Source: Botryllus schlosseri (lineage: Eukaryota). From it: a DNA stretch of 64,000 bases. Shown piece by piece: positions 13,037 to 26,676 of the stretch (within the stretch, counting starts at the first letter, position 1; each line of letters begins with the position of its first letter). Position numbers and translations under genes: made by a program. Below the pieces are notes generated by a model. The model saw nothing but the letters and a program-made list of their open reading frames with translations, did no database searches and was not told the DNA's origin. The stretch lies in the NCBI GenBank assembly GCA_051294905.1, contig CM119373.1, positions 1,924,001 through 1,988,000 of the forward strand, in the 5' to 3' direction.

Positions 13037-14008
13037 GTATTGGTCATTACATCTGTAGTTTTACACACATACGGTATATTATACAGTGGCATTCAGCTGA
13101 TTATAATTTGTTTGAATTTATCCCCAACAATCACCGGAGGCTCGCCAGACGGATCTTACAACCAATTCGGTATTGAATAAGCTCGAATGTATTCACGTTG
13201 CAAATAATGAGCTATTGAGCACTTACAAAACATGTAAATAAATGGCTGTCCGATACAGTTAAAGCACTCGGATGTTCTCTCAGATACAAACGAATAGCGC
13301 TGAAAGCATAACCTTAGATTTCCCCATTTTGTTGTTTTTCTTCCGGGGTTACAGTAGTGCAGGGATAGGAGGGCGAGAGTTTGTGTTCCATTTGCTGAGG
13401 TTGAACCATTGACATTAGAGCAAACGTTCCCAAATCACTTGTAATTGAGTATTGAAGTTAGCGGATAACATGGGATCGCAGAACGTAAGACTTGATCTAC
13501 AACATGCCGACATCATGCATTCTGAGGGTAGGCCGCCACATTGTTGCTTAATGTATGGTCGCTAAATTTTATTAACACGCATATTTGGGTTGCGCTATGA
13601 ATTTGAGCAACACTGTATACCAAAAAAGAGATTAACGGAATATTGCGACGTAGAAAAAAACAAATCAGTATGAATCCGTGTATGGTGTGTCACCAGCAGT
13701 CGAGCAGTATACACTAAATCTTTTTTCTAGCCACGCTAATTCCAACGGTCCACAAAATGTGGAAATATTCTGTAATTTCTAGTTTTTGAGCTATAGTGGA
13801 AAATTTAACTACTGGAGTTCTTTCAAAGTTAAAAGAATATTATAATTATACGTTTTACCGCCAAAAATGTCATAAAAAGTTCAATTTTAGGCCAATTTTC
13901 TATTTTTTGAGGTAAAAAATAATCACCCTAATTACAAAATCCATAGCCGGATGATCACCGCAAATAAACGCATAAAGTTTTATTGATGCTGCGATTCTTA
14001 TTCTATAG

Positions 14009-14176
14009 GTATCGAGTTTGGCAATCATCGATGCAGGAATGTCATCAGGTGCTTATCACGACATCCCATTTACACTCAAGTCCATGGGCTGCAAAAACAT
14101 TCAATTCCAAGGCTGCGATTTGACGAGAGCGAAACTATCTGAATTCTGCACTGGTTGTAACGACAACGACCTATAT
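14009..14176 (+). CDS. NLR gene, 168-bp LRR exon 2 (VSSLAIIDAGM...CKNIQFQGCDLTRAKL...DLY)
   Basis: ctatag| acceptor and |gtaagc donor; 56 codons, phase 0-0; same LxIxD...CKxLxLxxCxLTxxKL pattern. Confidence 0.87.
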
Positions 14177-16873
14177 GTAAGCCCGCTTGACATGCAGCGT
14201 TCAACTAGAGATTGTGGTGCTAGTAATCATTGGTTATGTAATTAATACTCTGCCCTGTATTGCACCCGCTGTCGCGGGTATGGCCTTTCTTCATTTGCCG
14301 ACATGATGTTAAGTTGTACGTCTCGCCAATATTAAAGTAATGTTGGACTCAGCGTTATGCGTCTCTGGTCATTGGATATAAAGTGTCTAAGTCAGGACAA
14401 GTATCCAGGGTATTAAAAACGAAATTGAAGGAATGGACCAGCAAAAGACTCATGTATCTCTTTTGATTTCTGAAAGCAACGCCTGGTGCTATTGATCCCC
14501 AATAAAAATATATTGTAAAATATCTTGGTAATACAATTGTAAATGATTATTTTAGATTGTGACAATATGACAATTTAAATCAAAAGTTAACGATGAAAGA
14601 CGATTTGGGCTGGCTCCGGCTACTATGAGCCAAGAAATCAATCTACAACGAAACTATTGGGAATTTTTATGAACTGGAGTTAGTGAAATTATATAAACGT
14701 CTTCCTTTACAACCACAAATGCAGCAGAGGTTACTTCGGTCTTTTTGCCATAGGTGATCAAAGCAGACAGGTCTTCTGCCAAAGTAGAAGTAGAACAATT
14801 ACCTAAAAGTACAAGTCACGCTTTAGTAACCCTGTCTAAAGTACTTCCAGTACACGTAGAAAATGAAAGGTGTGAAGAGTACTCAAAAAGAGTCTCATAT
14901 ATAATATATTTTGTCGTGGCGTCATATAGTTTTAGTATAGTCAAAATCGCCAGAGAACGGTACTTCAAAACGGAGATGTCTATTTTAACGAAATATATTG
15001 GTATAACGCCATTTTAATAATAGTCAATAAGGAGTTGGTAAACCTTACGTAATTCCCTGAACTGAGACCTGATAAGACCTTTGTGAGTCGTATATTTTGT
15101 CGTGTGAACGTAGATAACAAAGTATGAAATCGTACGATGTTTTGGTGCATAAACTCTCTCGTGGCTATTCGAGATATGCGTAGGTAATACCACGTAGAGA
15201 AATCGATTCACATTCATTCATAACTATTTCGCTGATTCGGAAGTCGATTGCATTGCCGTACGTGAATTTATAAAGTTACAAGTCGTGGAGACAGAAACAA
15301 AATATATTCGTCAGAGTGATCCAACGAATACGTGTGCAATAGACAGGCTTCGTGGTACATCAGCCAACAAGGCCGTACGGCGTGGTTACGCCGGTCGTCG
15401 AACGCAAGGGAACACGCAGCGAATCGTAACCGCAACCTTCTGGGGTTAATAATACATCTTGGAGTCAGATATACAATTATAACAACTACAAACATTCGCT
15501 CTGCGTTATATCTATTGCCTATTCAAGCCTTGTACACCGCGATGATAAGTCTGAATTGTCTTTGGATCGGTAATGTCTTGTACAACTACATGCCACCGCT
15601 TTACCAGTATCAAATCTAGCTCGCTTCAACGTATCCGTACTTTACTGGCGACTTCAAACTCACCTCACTATATCATTGGGCTTGCTCAAGCGCAATGTGA
15701 GTCACAATGAGGTCGGCAATTAGGAGCTTCAATAAAAATGGCGAGATGCATTTTCGATATTAACGCTTAGCGATGTCTTTTCAAATAAATACCATATCAA
15801 TATGTATATTCAGTGATCGTGATAGGAGAGGTATTCTCACGGTTTTCAAGACAATTTCACTCGTAAATCTGACGCAAAATAATACCACGACTTCCTACTT
15901 CACAAACCCAAATAGAAACCAGGAAAATGAAATTTTCTTGGCTTTTTAAACCGTCAAATAGAAGTGAAAGTGGTCTAAACGTCTGAACAATATTAATAGT
16001 GAAAGTAATACAAGGCTAAATCATGCTGAAACTCTGAACAAGTAAAAATACATTATTTCTGACCATCTCTGGTTTTCGTCGAAGAAATGTCGCGGATGCG
16101 TTTCTCGCTTGTTATCCTCCGAAACTGAGGCATTATGCAACCGGCTCCCGAAATCGGCTCCCAATCGTGTTTCCGTCATTTTCCACCAAGTTTCAAATCA
16201 GGTAAAGGCGTTTTGCTGATTAAAACGTTGCTTTCCCATCCGTTTCAAACGATGAGAACGACAATTACACCAATTCCCATTGCGATATATCCAGGGGTGG
16301 ATTTAGTTAGGGATGGTGTGAACGTGAGGCTCACGTTCGCGTTCTGTGTGTGAACCTGGGAAATTTAGAGGTTCACGTTCACAAACAAACCATGGTAGGT
16401 TCTGCACTGTGAACGTTTTTCATATATTACAGTTTTCACGTCATTAGAACATCTTTCTTGAAATTTATGGCATTGCAACTGCGGGCCACTCTACGCATGG
16501 CGCTGGCAGCATACAAATCAACACTAAACGAGCATGCACCTCGACAATCCCAATGATTTATCACCTTTGTTACAAATATTTGCTCGAAATATCCAGCTTT
16601 CAGTTTATGAATATTTCATGGCCATCTGCTGTGAGCTTGACTCACAATCACACAACAACAAGAGCGTAATACGCTACATGTAGGTCTGCGAATGATGCTT
16701 GTTCAACCAATCAATGAAATTGATGTCGTTTTCTGACGTAGAAAAATCTACCAAGCGTACGGGGTCCATCTCGGTTTCATATGTTTATTGTATCATAAAA
16801 ACCAAATCCGGGCGATTGGGGTGTTGGCTACTGCTGTATAACTTGTTAATGGGGTAAAAACCGTTTTACACTC

Positions 16874-16964
16874 TGCTCAACATCAACGTATAGCAACACT
16901 CATACGCCGAATACATTGATGCTCAACATCAACGTACAGCAACACTCATACGCCGAATACATTG
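16874..16964. repeat. 46-bp tandem duplication
   Basis: tgctcaacatcaacgta(t/c)agcaacactcatacgccgaatacattg occurs twice head-to-tail. Confidence 0.9.
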
Positions 16965-17360
16965 CCCAGTCTGGCCTAGACCATTAAGGCGTAAGCTTAT
17001 ATTCCCTTGTACGTCGTCGTCGAAATGTTGGCAAAGCGGCGGAAGATATTGTTGTTAGTGCCACTGATTTAGCGCTCCATAACTCTACTCAACAGACAAA
17101 TCATCGCATTTTTGCCAATTCCATTGTTCGGGAATAAAGTCGTTGCTAGAATATAAACACCATGATCCGTGATATGATTTAATGCACTATTAAGTATATA
17201 TGATCGATACTAGAATATTCACGTGAAAAATAAGGACATGTGGAAAAATTTTGAACCGAGTTGACTGATGGTCCGGCTCGTGACAGATTTGAAGGTTAAA
17301 ATCCGACCCGCGTCGCCATTTGAGTTTGACAACCCTGCTCCAAGCTGAATCGCCATAACA

Positions 17361-17545
17361 AGATAGCATAATGGTATGATCCACGGCTGCAACACCAATT
17401 GGTTGCGGGTTCGAGTCTGACCCAGGTCCACTCCAGAATTTCCAGCCAAGCGTTACAGATTTATCCAGGGCTAGGCTCCTCTTCATTCACCAGATCGGCG
17501 GTAGTTGTTTCTTAAAAAAGCCTAGAAGTGGACCGTGCTATGAGT
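17361..17545 (+). mobile_element. tRNA-derived SINE, 5' part (paralogues near 25483, 36201, 47190, 55819; related copy near 53288)
   Basis: A-box-like TAGCATAATGGT and B-box GGTTCGAGTC (17408-17417), followed by a body (ctaggctcctc...agaagtggaccgtgct) that is shared with copies ending in (CAAA)n tails near 25130, 35840, 46830, 51995 and 62970. Confidence 0.65.
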
Positions 17546-18332
17546 GCTCTCAATATTGCAGGCCCTGGGTGTTTTCTGCACAGCGATCAATGTATATTTT
17601 TAAAATTAAATGCCTCTTGGCTCTGCATTCAGGACAGTTTATTTTACATGCAATCGAAGTTTAAATCATTGGTAAAACAGAGTATATATTGCACGACGTT
17701 AAAAGCTGGTGATTTTGTTTATTATAACATTTGAGATTCTATATAGTTGCTGAGTGACGTATAGACCGAGTGAGTGTCTCACTTCGATTTCCCAAAAGTG
17801 TTTATGAATACTGGCTGAGGCCGTACAAACCCTCTTACTGTCGTTATTGAGTGATCACTAGTAAATTAGTAATCATAAAAACTGCATGAAGGTATGCTTT
17901 AAAGCTGCCAAACAATGTAGACCTGCCGTCTCCGTGGATTCAATCGGACAGATTTACTTGCCGACATCCTGATGGCGACCACTTTTTGAAGGAGGAATAG
18001 ATTGTTGTTATTCCAGTTAACAGAATTCAACGTCGAAATCAGCCAACACATATTTTACTCAGAGGACCGAGTTTCCAAATAATGTCAGCCAAATAGCTCA
18101 TAGGTAATTTTACAAATTTCTGTTGTGTTTGAGTGTATTCGATCAAATGAAATCTAGAACATTCTAATCGACTCGAAGATCAATTCTCGTTTCGGAATCG
18201 TATCTTCCGAGCCCTCGATTTCGCCCAGTCACAGTTGCAAGATTATGGTATTTTAAAGTCTACTGACAGTAATTTCGATTTCATTTTCGAAGCATAATAA
18301 AAGTCATTTTATCCGATATTTGATCATTTTAG

Positions 18333-18500
18333 TTGCAAAAGCTCGGAATCGTCGACAACTCAATGAAAGAAGATGGATATGAAATACTCGTTCACATTCT
18401 GAAGCGGTCAGATTGCAAGGAATTGCAACTCCAAGATTGTTGTCTCACCAAGACTAAGTTGCAAGGAGTATTGAACGGATGTCGGGATCAAAATATCCAG
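18333..18500 (+). CDS. NLR gene, duplicated 168-bp LRR exon copy A
   Basis: atcattttag|TTG...ATCCAG|gtgcgt. Encodes LQKLGIVDNSMKEDGYEILVHILKRSDCKELQLQDCCLTKTKLQGVLNGCRDQNIQ. Confidence 0.88.
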
Positions 18501-19299
18501 GTGCGTCATCATAAACAATCCGTAATATTCAAGAAGACATGTCATCTTACGATTCGAAATTGTTCGTCATCCTACTTCGCCTCAAATCCATGTAATATAC
18601 CATTCACCATTCACCATTTATTCTATCGTTTACCAATACTCGTCGAGTATTGGTAAACTAGTTGACAATATGCAACAGTATTTTAATAATCTGGAATATG
18701 TAGGCTATTGTGCTGCATCCGGAAAATTTCGCGAGCCTTATCTTTCATTACGTGTCGCTATATATCTGGCCGCAAAACCATGTATTCCATGAAGCTCATT
18801 GTAAAATGACAGCATGTAACGAAGTTTATTTAAGCGCTGTTAACGAAACGACCGGCGGACGGTCATATTATCAGTATATATTATAGGATAATAGCCCACG
18901 TTAGAAATCTAACCACCAACGCCGACTGAGTAACGAAAATCAATTTAGTGTTTGATGTTTGACTCAAATGCACTCGGGCTAATTTTCAAATTTTTGACTA
19001 CCCTGCGGAACACGACGTCAATATGAGTATTCAATGTATGTTCAAGTATGTCGTATTTGACGAGGTGAAATTGTACTATTGGCCGGAAATGCAGATTGAG
19101 ATTCCGAAAATATAGTGAACTTATGATTTACTACTTATTTTACCAATTTACGCGTGGCACCAATGAAAAACACATTCACAAATATTTGACTAAAATTGTC
19201 GTTCTACTAAGCAGGGAGTACGCATCATTTGTCGCAATTATGAGAAATAGGCACCATGGCCGAATCTAGGTTTGGGGTCCCATATTGATAAGTGTAGGC

Positions 19300-20853
19300 C
19301 CGGGGTAGGCAAACCCCGGCACGCGTGCCATTTGTGCCACGCGAAATGATTTTTCATGGCATGCCAAATGATTTCACGGAAACGACATATTCATACCATG
19401 TTTTTGCAAAAAGTGAAACAGAAGTTTTCAAATCGTGAAATGCTCGTAGGCGATCCAAAATTATTATTATTATTTCACATTTTACAGTGGTGCTTCTCGC
19501 CTTTTTCAGGCTATGTGCACCACGACACGAATATTTGTAATGTTCATAAGTCTTTGTCTTTGTGTTAATCTTGGGGACGACTTCTTCATTCTTTCGCACA
19601 TCCAGAGGTCAGTCTCTCTCGCACCAATGCGTCCCCGTCGAGGTCTTTGCTGCCGACTTCTAGGACGGCTCACTTTCAATCTGGGCTTTTTAATGCACTG
19701 CAACTGCAGTGAGATCGGCAATGGGTAGCCCAGAGAAACCTCCGACACATAGAGCCTGATGTGTTAATTATGCTGTGGGAACCCCCAATAAATAGATAAA
19801 TATATATGTTGTATTTATAAAATGTTTTAAAAATCTGTGCATAGTGTACAAAAATGAGTCAACCGTGTTAGCAGTTGTGAAAGAACATCAACCGAACATC
19901 GTTTGAAAACGTTTGGATTCTTTAGTCTAGGAGTGTTATTCACTGTGTAGCCTGCGGGAGTGCAACTACTGAACCGGCATTACGACGCTGGGCATCTTCA
20001 CGCTATATAATACATGACCTAGATATAGAGTTTCGGACAATATCCGACCATGCGACTAACAGGCGGTCTATGCGTTGCCAAAGTGATTGGCGGCGATAAA
20101 ACCTTCAAACAAAATAGCCGCTGCATCATGGACAAAACGTTAGACATTGATATGTCCATTGGCAAGGCGCCGAAGTGACCAGCGCCGAATGGCCAGCGCC
20201 CGCACCTGCAGCTTAAGCCGCACGTATCAAATGAGATCTGCCAAGGAAAATAATAAGCCCCGTGTCCAAATGCGAATCGTGTTCGTCTTTCGGGCGTAGA
20301 GTCTGGTGTGCACGCGATTCAATATCTTGAGCAACGCCAATCCTTACCGCTTGACTGCGACCTTTGCCGACAAATATAGTGTCAGACCGACCTTAATGTG
20401 ACGCCAAACCGATTTGAATGAGACTGTGGGGAGGGGGGAAACATTTTTCATCATCATCAGACCATATCATCGTAGCTACACTGATTGGCCCGTCATTTAT
20501 GATTTATTGGATACGGTAACCAACATAGTGGACTTGGAAACGATCCAATCAACCACACAAGATCGATCATTGCCCAATGGCGCGACTGAAAATAAATTAT
20601 GTAAATATCACGTGAGCCTACATATAAGCGATAGGTCGGGTACGGTAGTGTCCAAAATTCAATCCCTTCAAGACCAATCAAGAATTTCTGGCGTGACGAA
20701 TGGCGTTGCCGGTTGCAGAAAAACAGTTTGTGGTATTCCTTGCTGCTTGAAACGTTAAATATTAATAAATTCCATGTTCGGCACGCAAGCTGGTGAAAAA
20801 TTGAAATTTTTTGACATTTTGGCACGCTGCACATAAAAGGTTGCCGGCACTTG
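19300..20853. mobile_element. hAT-type non-autonomous element, copy in unit A
   Basis: Ends CCGGGGTAGGCAAAC / GGTTGCCGGCACTTG; degenerate TSD GTGTAGGC / ATATAGGC; paralogous to 28295-29798. Confidence 0.8.
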
Positions 20854-23800
20854 ATATAGGCTATTGATCATGTCATTGCCCTAGTCAAAATAAAACAGCG
20901 TTGGATTTAACTTACTGGTGTCGCAGAGGGGGAGCGTGCCATTGCGGTATTCGCTATCTTTAATCGGCCATAAAGCTATGGATGAAGGGATCAAAGATGC
21001 AACTGACTGCACATCTAGGGAGCAAGAAAATGCTAAATGTTGTTATAACAACTTGCGTCGATAGCGAAATACCATGTCACGAACGTATCATCTATTACGA
21101 TCCCCTGGTCACGCGAATAATAATTTTTGCATTCATGGTTATAATCATGTCACGACATTCCAAGCTACTCGGAGTCGACTCGAGTCATTTTCATCTTGTC
21201 ACCGAGTCATTCCGAGTGATTCAGCGAAAGGTCGCCTCTAACTCCAAGTCACAATTTTCATTCTCGAATCATATACGGTTCGTGTGTTACCATCATGATT
21301 AGGCTATTCTATGTAATAGCAGATCTTCCACCGCATAGTAGCGTATGAAAGTGATGCCATATAGCGAACTTTGATCAGTAGTTTTATGTTTTTAGGGTAA
21401 ATTTAAAGGGAATGATAACTTTTCATAGGTGACAAAAAGAAATGTTGCACTGAGCTGTATCCAAGTATCGCCTCCTTGTAAAATTGTATCGTGGCCGAGC
21501 AAAATGTCCTCGTGGGTCGCGTGTTCTGGACCCAGGCTTAGATCATGGGGTTACCACTATCAAAACTACTGCTGGTGTAAATGGAGAAAAGAATTTCTAG
21601 CTTTGACATGACGTTACTGGATTATTGCAAATTAATCGCAAAATATGCGGCGATATGAAATTTACGATTTTTGATCGAAAAGTGAGCATTTAACCCCACG
21701 CATGTCCGTTCTCTAATGTTGCTTGTAAAATGCAAATTATGACGGACGGAGCTATGTCGAACAATAGCAGAGAAATCTAGCGCACATGCAGTGGGACATA
21801 ATGCTTATTCTCTATGCGGAATGCGGTCACTAAATGTCGCTAAAAAGTCGCTGGTAATAACAACATGTCAATCCCTACGAGCAAATTAGCGTGCTTTTTG
21901 TGCTATCAAAAAACATCATGTCGATCCCAAAAAAACTCCTAAAACCGAGCCTAACCTAACCGAACTAATCTCCATGCTAATATACTTTCATCATTTCTGG
22001 TCTTCAATATTATTCACGACACATCGCACCGTAGATATCTTGACGATTGCGTTCTGCAACAAACTATAACACTGGTCAACAAAATAAAATAAAAAGAATT
22101 CGGCAGAAAATCTAGGACCTGTTATAGGGTTTTCAAGGTTGCCGATGACGAATATTAAACTTGTTGTGCCAGATTGACTTGCCCATCAGACTTGAGTCTT
22201 TTCTCTGGGTCATTTGCTGTCATCATTCAGGAGTTCAGCTCTCTCTTCGTCTGAGCATTTCAATACGCTGTATTTACAGCGGATCGAATCGCATAGAAAC
22301 ATGGCAGCGCCGAGACTCGGACCACCAACCAAGTGTTTAACCAACTGCGCCACTCGCTTCCCCGTGAGATAGATATATTCCTATTCTAATGACGCGGTCA
22401 CATGTTAACGTAGCTTATATAGACGTGGTGGCATACTAGCGTTACAACTATAGGGATTGCTCGCATGATTCTAACAATAATGAAGACGTGATAGTTCAGT
22501 CGTAACAAATGATAGATGGTGTTCTCTATTCTAACTCTAATCCTTTTAATGCTGTCTGTTGATCCGTGCGTAACCTCAATAATTCCGACTTTCAGCTGCA
22601 TCGGATTGTTCGCACGTTTCCATACCGCATTTTCACACCTACAGAATAGTCTGCCGTTCACTGTCGCAACAAGAACCACAATTACACACATTTATACATT
22701 CATTGCATTTATTACTCTGAAATCAAACTATTCACAAAACTACGTACAATCCTATCAATAATCACCAGAATAATTCAGGTATTCCTTGGTTGAAAATCCT
22801 TGCGCTCTTTTTGTCAAGAATGCTATTGTAGGATCTTCGCCCACATCTGATGTTTTACACTGTAACTGTTTCCCAGTCACGGAAAATTCATCTGGTTCCA
22901 TGAATTCGATTATCTAAGGTTTTAGTGGTCCGAAGCCTAGTGACTCATGAAAATAAGTCTGCCGCCCCCCTATTTTAAGGGGGTAGTAAAAAACAATGGG
23001 TAAGTGGTCGAAGTCCGCCTTCGGGTTGGCAATTCACTATTAGACCACTCGACAAATTCACGGTATCATTTTTATGCTGTTTTCGGGATCAAATCCAGGT
23101 TGTTATAACAACCATCGGGTAAGGACTACGAGCTCACGGCATTTGGTTCGAGATCGATGGACATATCTATAATTCTCCTCTGCGATTGGCAATACGGTGA
23201 ATAAAATTGTATTGGTTTCGTTTTATTGCTTTGTGTGACCACTTAATGAGATGAGAATACGGTAGAGATTTGCTCACATTACATTTAGTGCTGCTCTTAG
23301 CTTCAACATGAATGCGGGTAACAACCCTCAGCAGTATCACCCTGTATGATACGATGAAGAAATATTCTGACGACATAATTTGTGAGCTTTCAAATACAAG
23401 TATATTTAGTAACTCGTTTTTACCAAAAAGCTGCAAAACACCGTTAATGTACAAAGGACAACATTCTCGAAAGTTGTTCAGTAGTTTACGATTTAGGCAC
23501 GCAGTGCGCTTCAGGATAAAATATCTAGTTAAAAATATTTTATGGAAAACAACCCGAGCTATCAGTAAACATATCAGTTTATTATTATTTTCATCATTTC
23601 AAAACACCACAAAACTGTGATACCATGAAAGGATAGGAAGATGTCAAAACTACTTCGAGTAGTTAGCGTGAAAGGAGTGTTATAACGGGGAATTAGCAAT
23701 CCAAAAGTACGCCAAATTCATTTTACATAATTTGAAATAAACCACTGCATTCATGGAAGCATGGGTTGGTTGGATATTTCGCGATGAGCACAACGAAAAA

Positions 23801-26508
23801 CGTTGTGATTTGATAGATTTTCTCGAATGTTAGTTTGCAATGAGAAGTCAGGAATAATCATATGTACTTACTACACAATATGCTGCGAGACCATTTTCGT
23901 CAGCGCCCCAACCGCCTCCAGAGCCAAGTGCCCCCTATTTTGCCTCCTGAGCGTTTCCATCCCCTAAAAATCCAATTAGCCCCATGGGAGGCGCTGGAGA
24001 CAAGGTTGAGAACCACTGATCTAAATCATCAAGAACTATATTGGTAAAATTACGTCTCCTCCAGCTTCATAAACTGCTCCTCTTCGACAGTACAATGCTC
24101 CCGGACGCATAGAAGAGTAGCGTATGGCCAGTGTTGCTGAATACAAATTCTGTAGGCGGAATTGGGTTCTGAGCTGTCTTAAGAATTCGTCAGAAACAAC
24201 ATATGTAAATGCGCGTGGCCGCGTTCGTGTAGTTTTTGCACTATCACGAAGCAACTAACGATCCAGATTAGACGTTTAAATTCTAACCTTATCCAAGTCT
24301 ATATCATGGTCCCATGCTCAATCTTAGATATTTTTGTACTCAGCGCTCCTTCGGAAATTGTTTCAATCATCACATCCATCTCTGATCTGAACATATAAAT
24401 TGTCATTACCATGTTTTCATCTGCTATCACCCTAATCTAATTTTTGAATTGTTCTTCTGCTCTAATTTTAATCCTAATCTAATTTATAAAATGTTTCTAT
24501 GCTCCAATTTAATTATAATCTAATTTATGAATTGTTTCTATACCCTAATTTTCATTCTAATCCAATTTATTGTTTTCCTGAAAATGCCTATTTGACCGCG
24601 GCGTGTTGCAGCGATTCTCTCTCGCACACGGCAATCCCGAGCGAAGCCGCCATCGTATTACTTACACCAGGGGTCGCCAACTCAAAACGGGTCGTGGGTC
24701 ACTTTTCAAAGTTCGTAGCGGCCGCGGGCCGCATAAATTCAATATCGATATAAAGTAGGCAACCACGTTTTAAAACTCTATGTCAGTACAACGCTGTGCT
24801 ACCTAACATAGGCGATGGGCATAGTGACCACAAAAGTAACATTTTATTAAAGGAATAAAAATAGAACAGAATATCACCGTCATCAATTTCCTTTTATTTT
24901 GAACCCTTAGCTGTGCACGATACCTTGAAACGCTTTTTTGGGCTAGCGAGATACGTTACTAGATGAAAAGCTAAAAAAATTCTAGTTGTCCCAGTCTGCC
25001 GTGTAAGCGGCGTCTTATAAAAGCCTATGAGTGGGCCGTGCTGCAGGTCAGCAGCTACGAAATTTAAATGAAGCACATTGGCCTGGTGTAAATGACCATA
25101 GTAGTCGACAAACACCATGAATACCTCAAATCAAACAAACAAGCGACTAAAAAGGGAGCATAAAAATACGCCAACCTAATCGTCACTGATTCAGCGCTCC
25201 ATAACTGTATTCAACAGGCAAAGCATCGCATTTTTGCCATTTCCATTGTTCGCGAATAAAGTCGTTGCTAGAATATAAACACCATGATCCGTGATATGAT
25301 CTAATGTACTATCATGTGTATATGATCGACACTAAAATATTCAAGTGAAAAATAAAGACACGTGGCGAAATTTTGAACTGAGTTGTCTGATGGTCCGGCC
25401 CGTGACAAATTTGAAGGCTTGAATCCGACCCGCGTCACGATTTGAGTTTGACAACCCTGCTCCAAGCTGAATCGCCATGACGAGATAGCATAATGGTACG
25501 ATCCACGGCTGCAACACCAATTTGTTGCGGGTTCCAGTCTGACCGAGGTCGACTCCAGAATCCCCAGCCAAGTGTTATGGATTTATTCAAGGCTAGGCTC
25601 CTATTCATTCACAAGCTCGGTGGTAGTGGTTTCTTTGAAAAGCCTAGAAGTGGACCGTGCTATGGGTGCTCTCAATATTGCCGGCCCTGAGTATTTTCTG
25701 CACAGCGATCAATGTATATTTTTAAAATTAAATGCGTCTTGGCTTTGCATTCAGGACAGTTTGTTCTACATGCAATAGAAATTTAAATCATTGAAAAATC
25801 AGAGTATATATTGCACGACATTAAAAGCTGGTGATTTTGTCTATTATAACATTTGAGCTTCGATATAGTTGCAGAGTGACGTAAAGACCGAGTGAGTGTC
25901 CCAATTCTATTTCCCAAAAGTGTTTATGAGTACTGGCTGAGTGCCGTACAAACCCTATAATACTGTCGTTATTGAGTGATCACTATCAAATTAGTAATCA
26001 TAAAAACTGCATGTAGGTATGCTTTAAAGCTGCCAAACACTGTAGACCTGCCGTCTCCGTGGATTCAATCGGACAGATTTACATGCCGATATCCTAATGG
26101 CGACAGCATTTTGAAAGAGGCAGAGATTGCCATCATTCCCGTCATCAGAATTCTACGTCGAAATCGGCCCCACACATTTGTTACTCAGAAGACCGAGTTT
26201 CAAATATTGCCAGGGAACTAGCTCGTAGGTAATTTTACAAATTTCTGTTGTGTTCTAGTGTATCCGATCAAATGAAATCTAGAACATTCTATTCGACTCG
26301 AGGATCAATTCTCGATTTGGAATCGCGTCTTCCGAGCCCTCGATGTCGCCCAGCCACCATTGCAATATTATTTTACTTGAAATGATGCCGAAGCAATCGT
26401 AGCAGAGTAATGTGATACTAATAGTATTTTACAGTTTAATGACAGGAATTTCAATTTCATTTTCGAAGGCTAATGAAAGTAATGTTATACGATATTTTAT
26501 CATTTTAG

Positions 26509-26676
26509 TTGCAAAGGCTCAGTATCAACGACAATTCAATGAATGAAGATGGATATGAGATACTCGTTGACATTATGAAGCTGTCAGATTGCAAGCACCT
26601 GGTGCTCCAAAATTGTTGTCTCACCAAGACTAAGTTGCAAGGAGTGTTGAACGTATGTCGGGATCAAAATATCCAG
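26509..26676 (+). CDS. NLR gene, duplicated 168-bp LRR exon copy B
   Basis: Same splice sites as copy A. Encodes LQRLSINDNSMNEDGYEILVDIMKLSDCKHLVLQNCCLTKTKLQGVLNVCRDQNIQ. Confidence 0.88.

Noticed and set aside
17361..17430. Functional tRNA gene
   Set aside because: A and B boxes are present, but I cannot fold convincing acceptor and anticodon stems and it continues into a SINE body, so it is treated as a SINE head.
18200..18660. RAG-type recombination signals or TIRs flanking the cassette exons (programmed somatic rearrangement)
   Set aside because: I saw no heptamer/nonamer or inverted repeats bracketing the exons. They have ordinary splice sites, so splicing and homologous exchange suffice as explanations.
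19354..20834. Recurrent short ORFs (19356/28351/39265, 19513/28508/39422, 20414/40325) as a gene family
   Set aside because: They lie inside a co-duplicated non-autonomous transposon, overlap on both strands, and show no recognisable domain.
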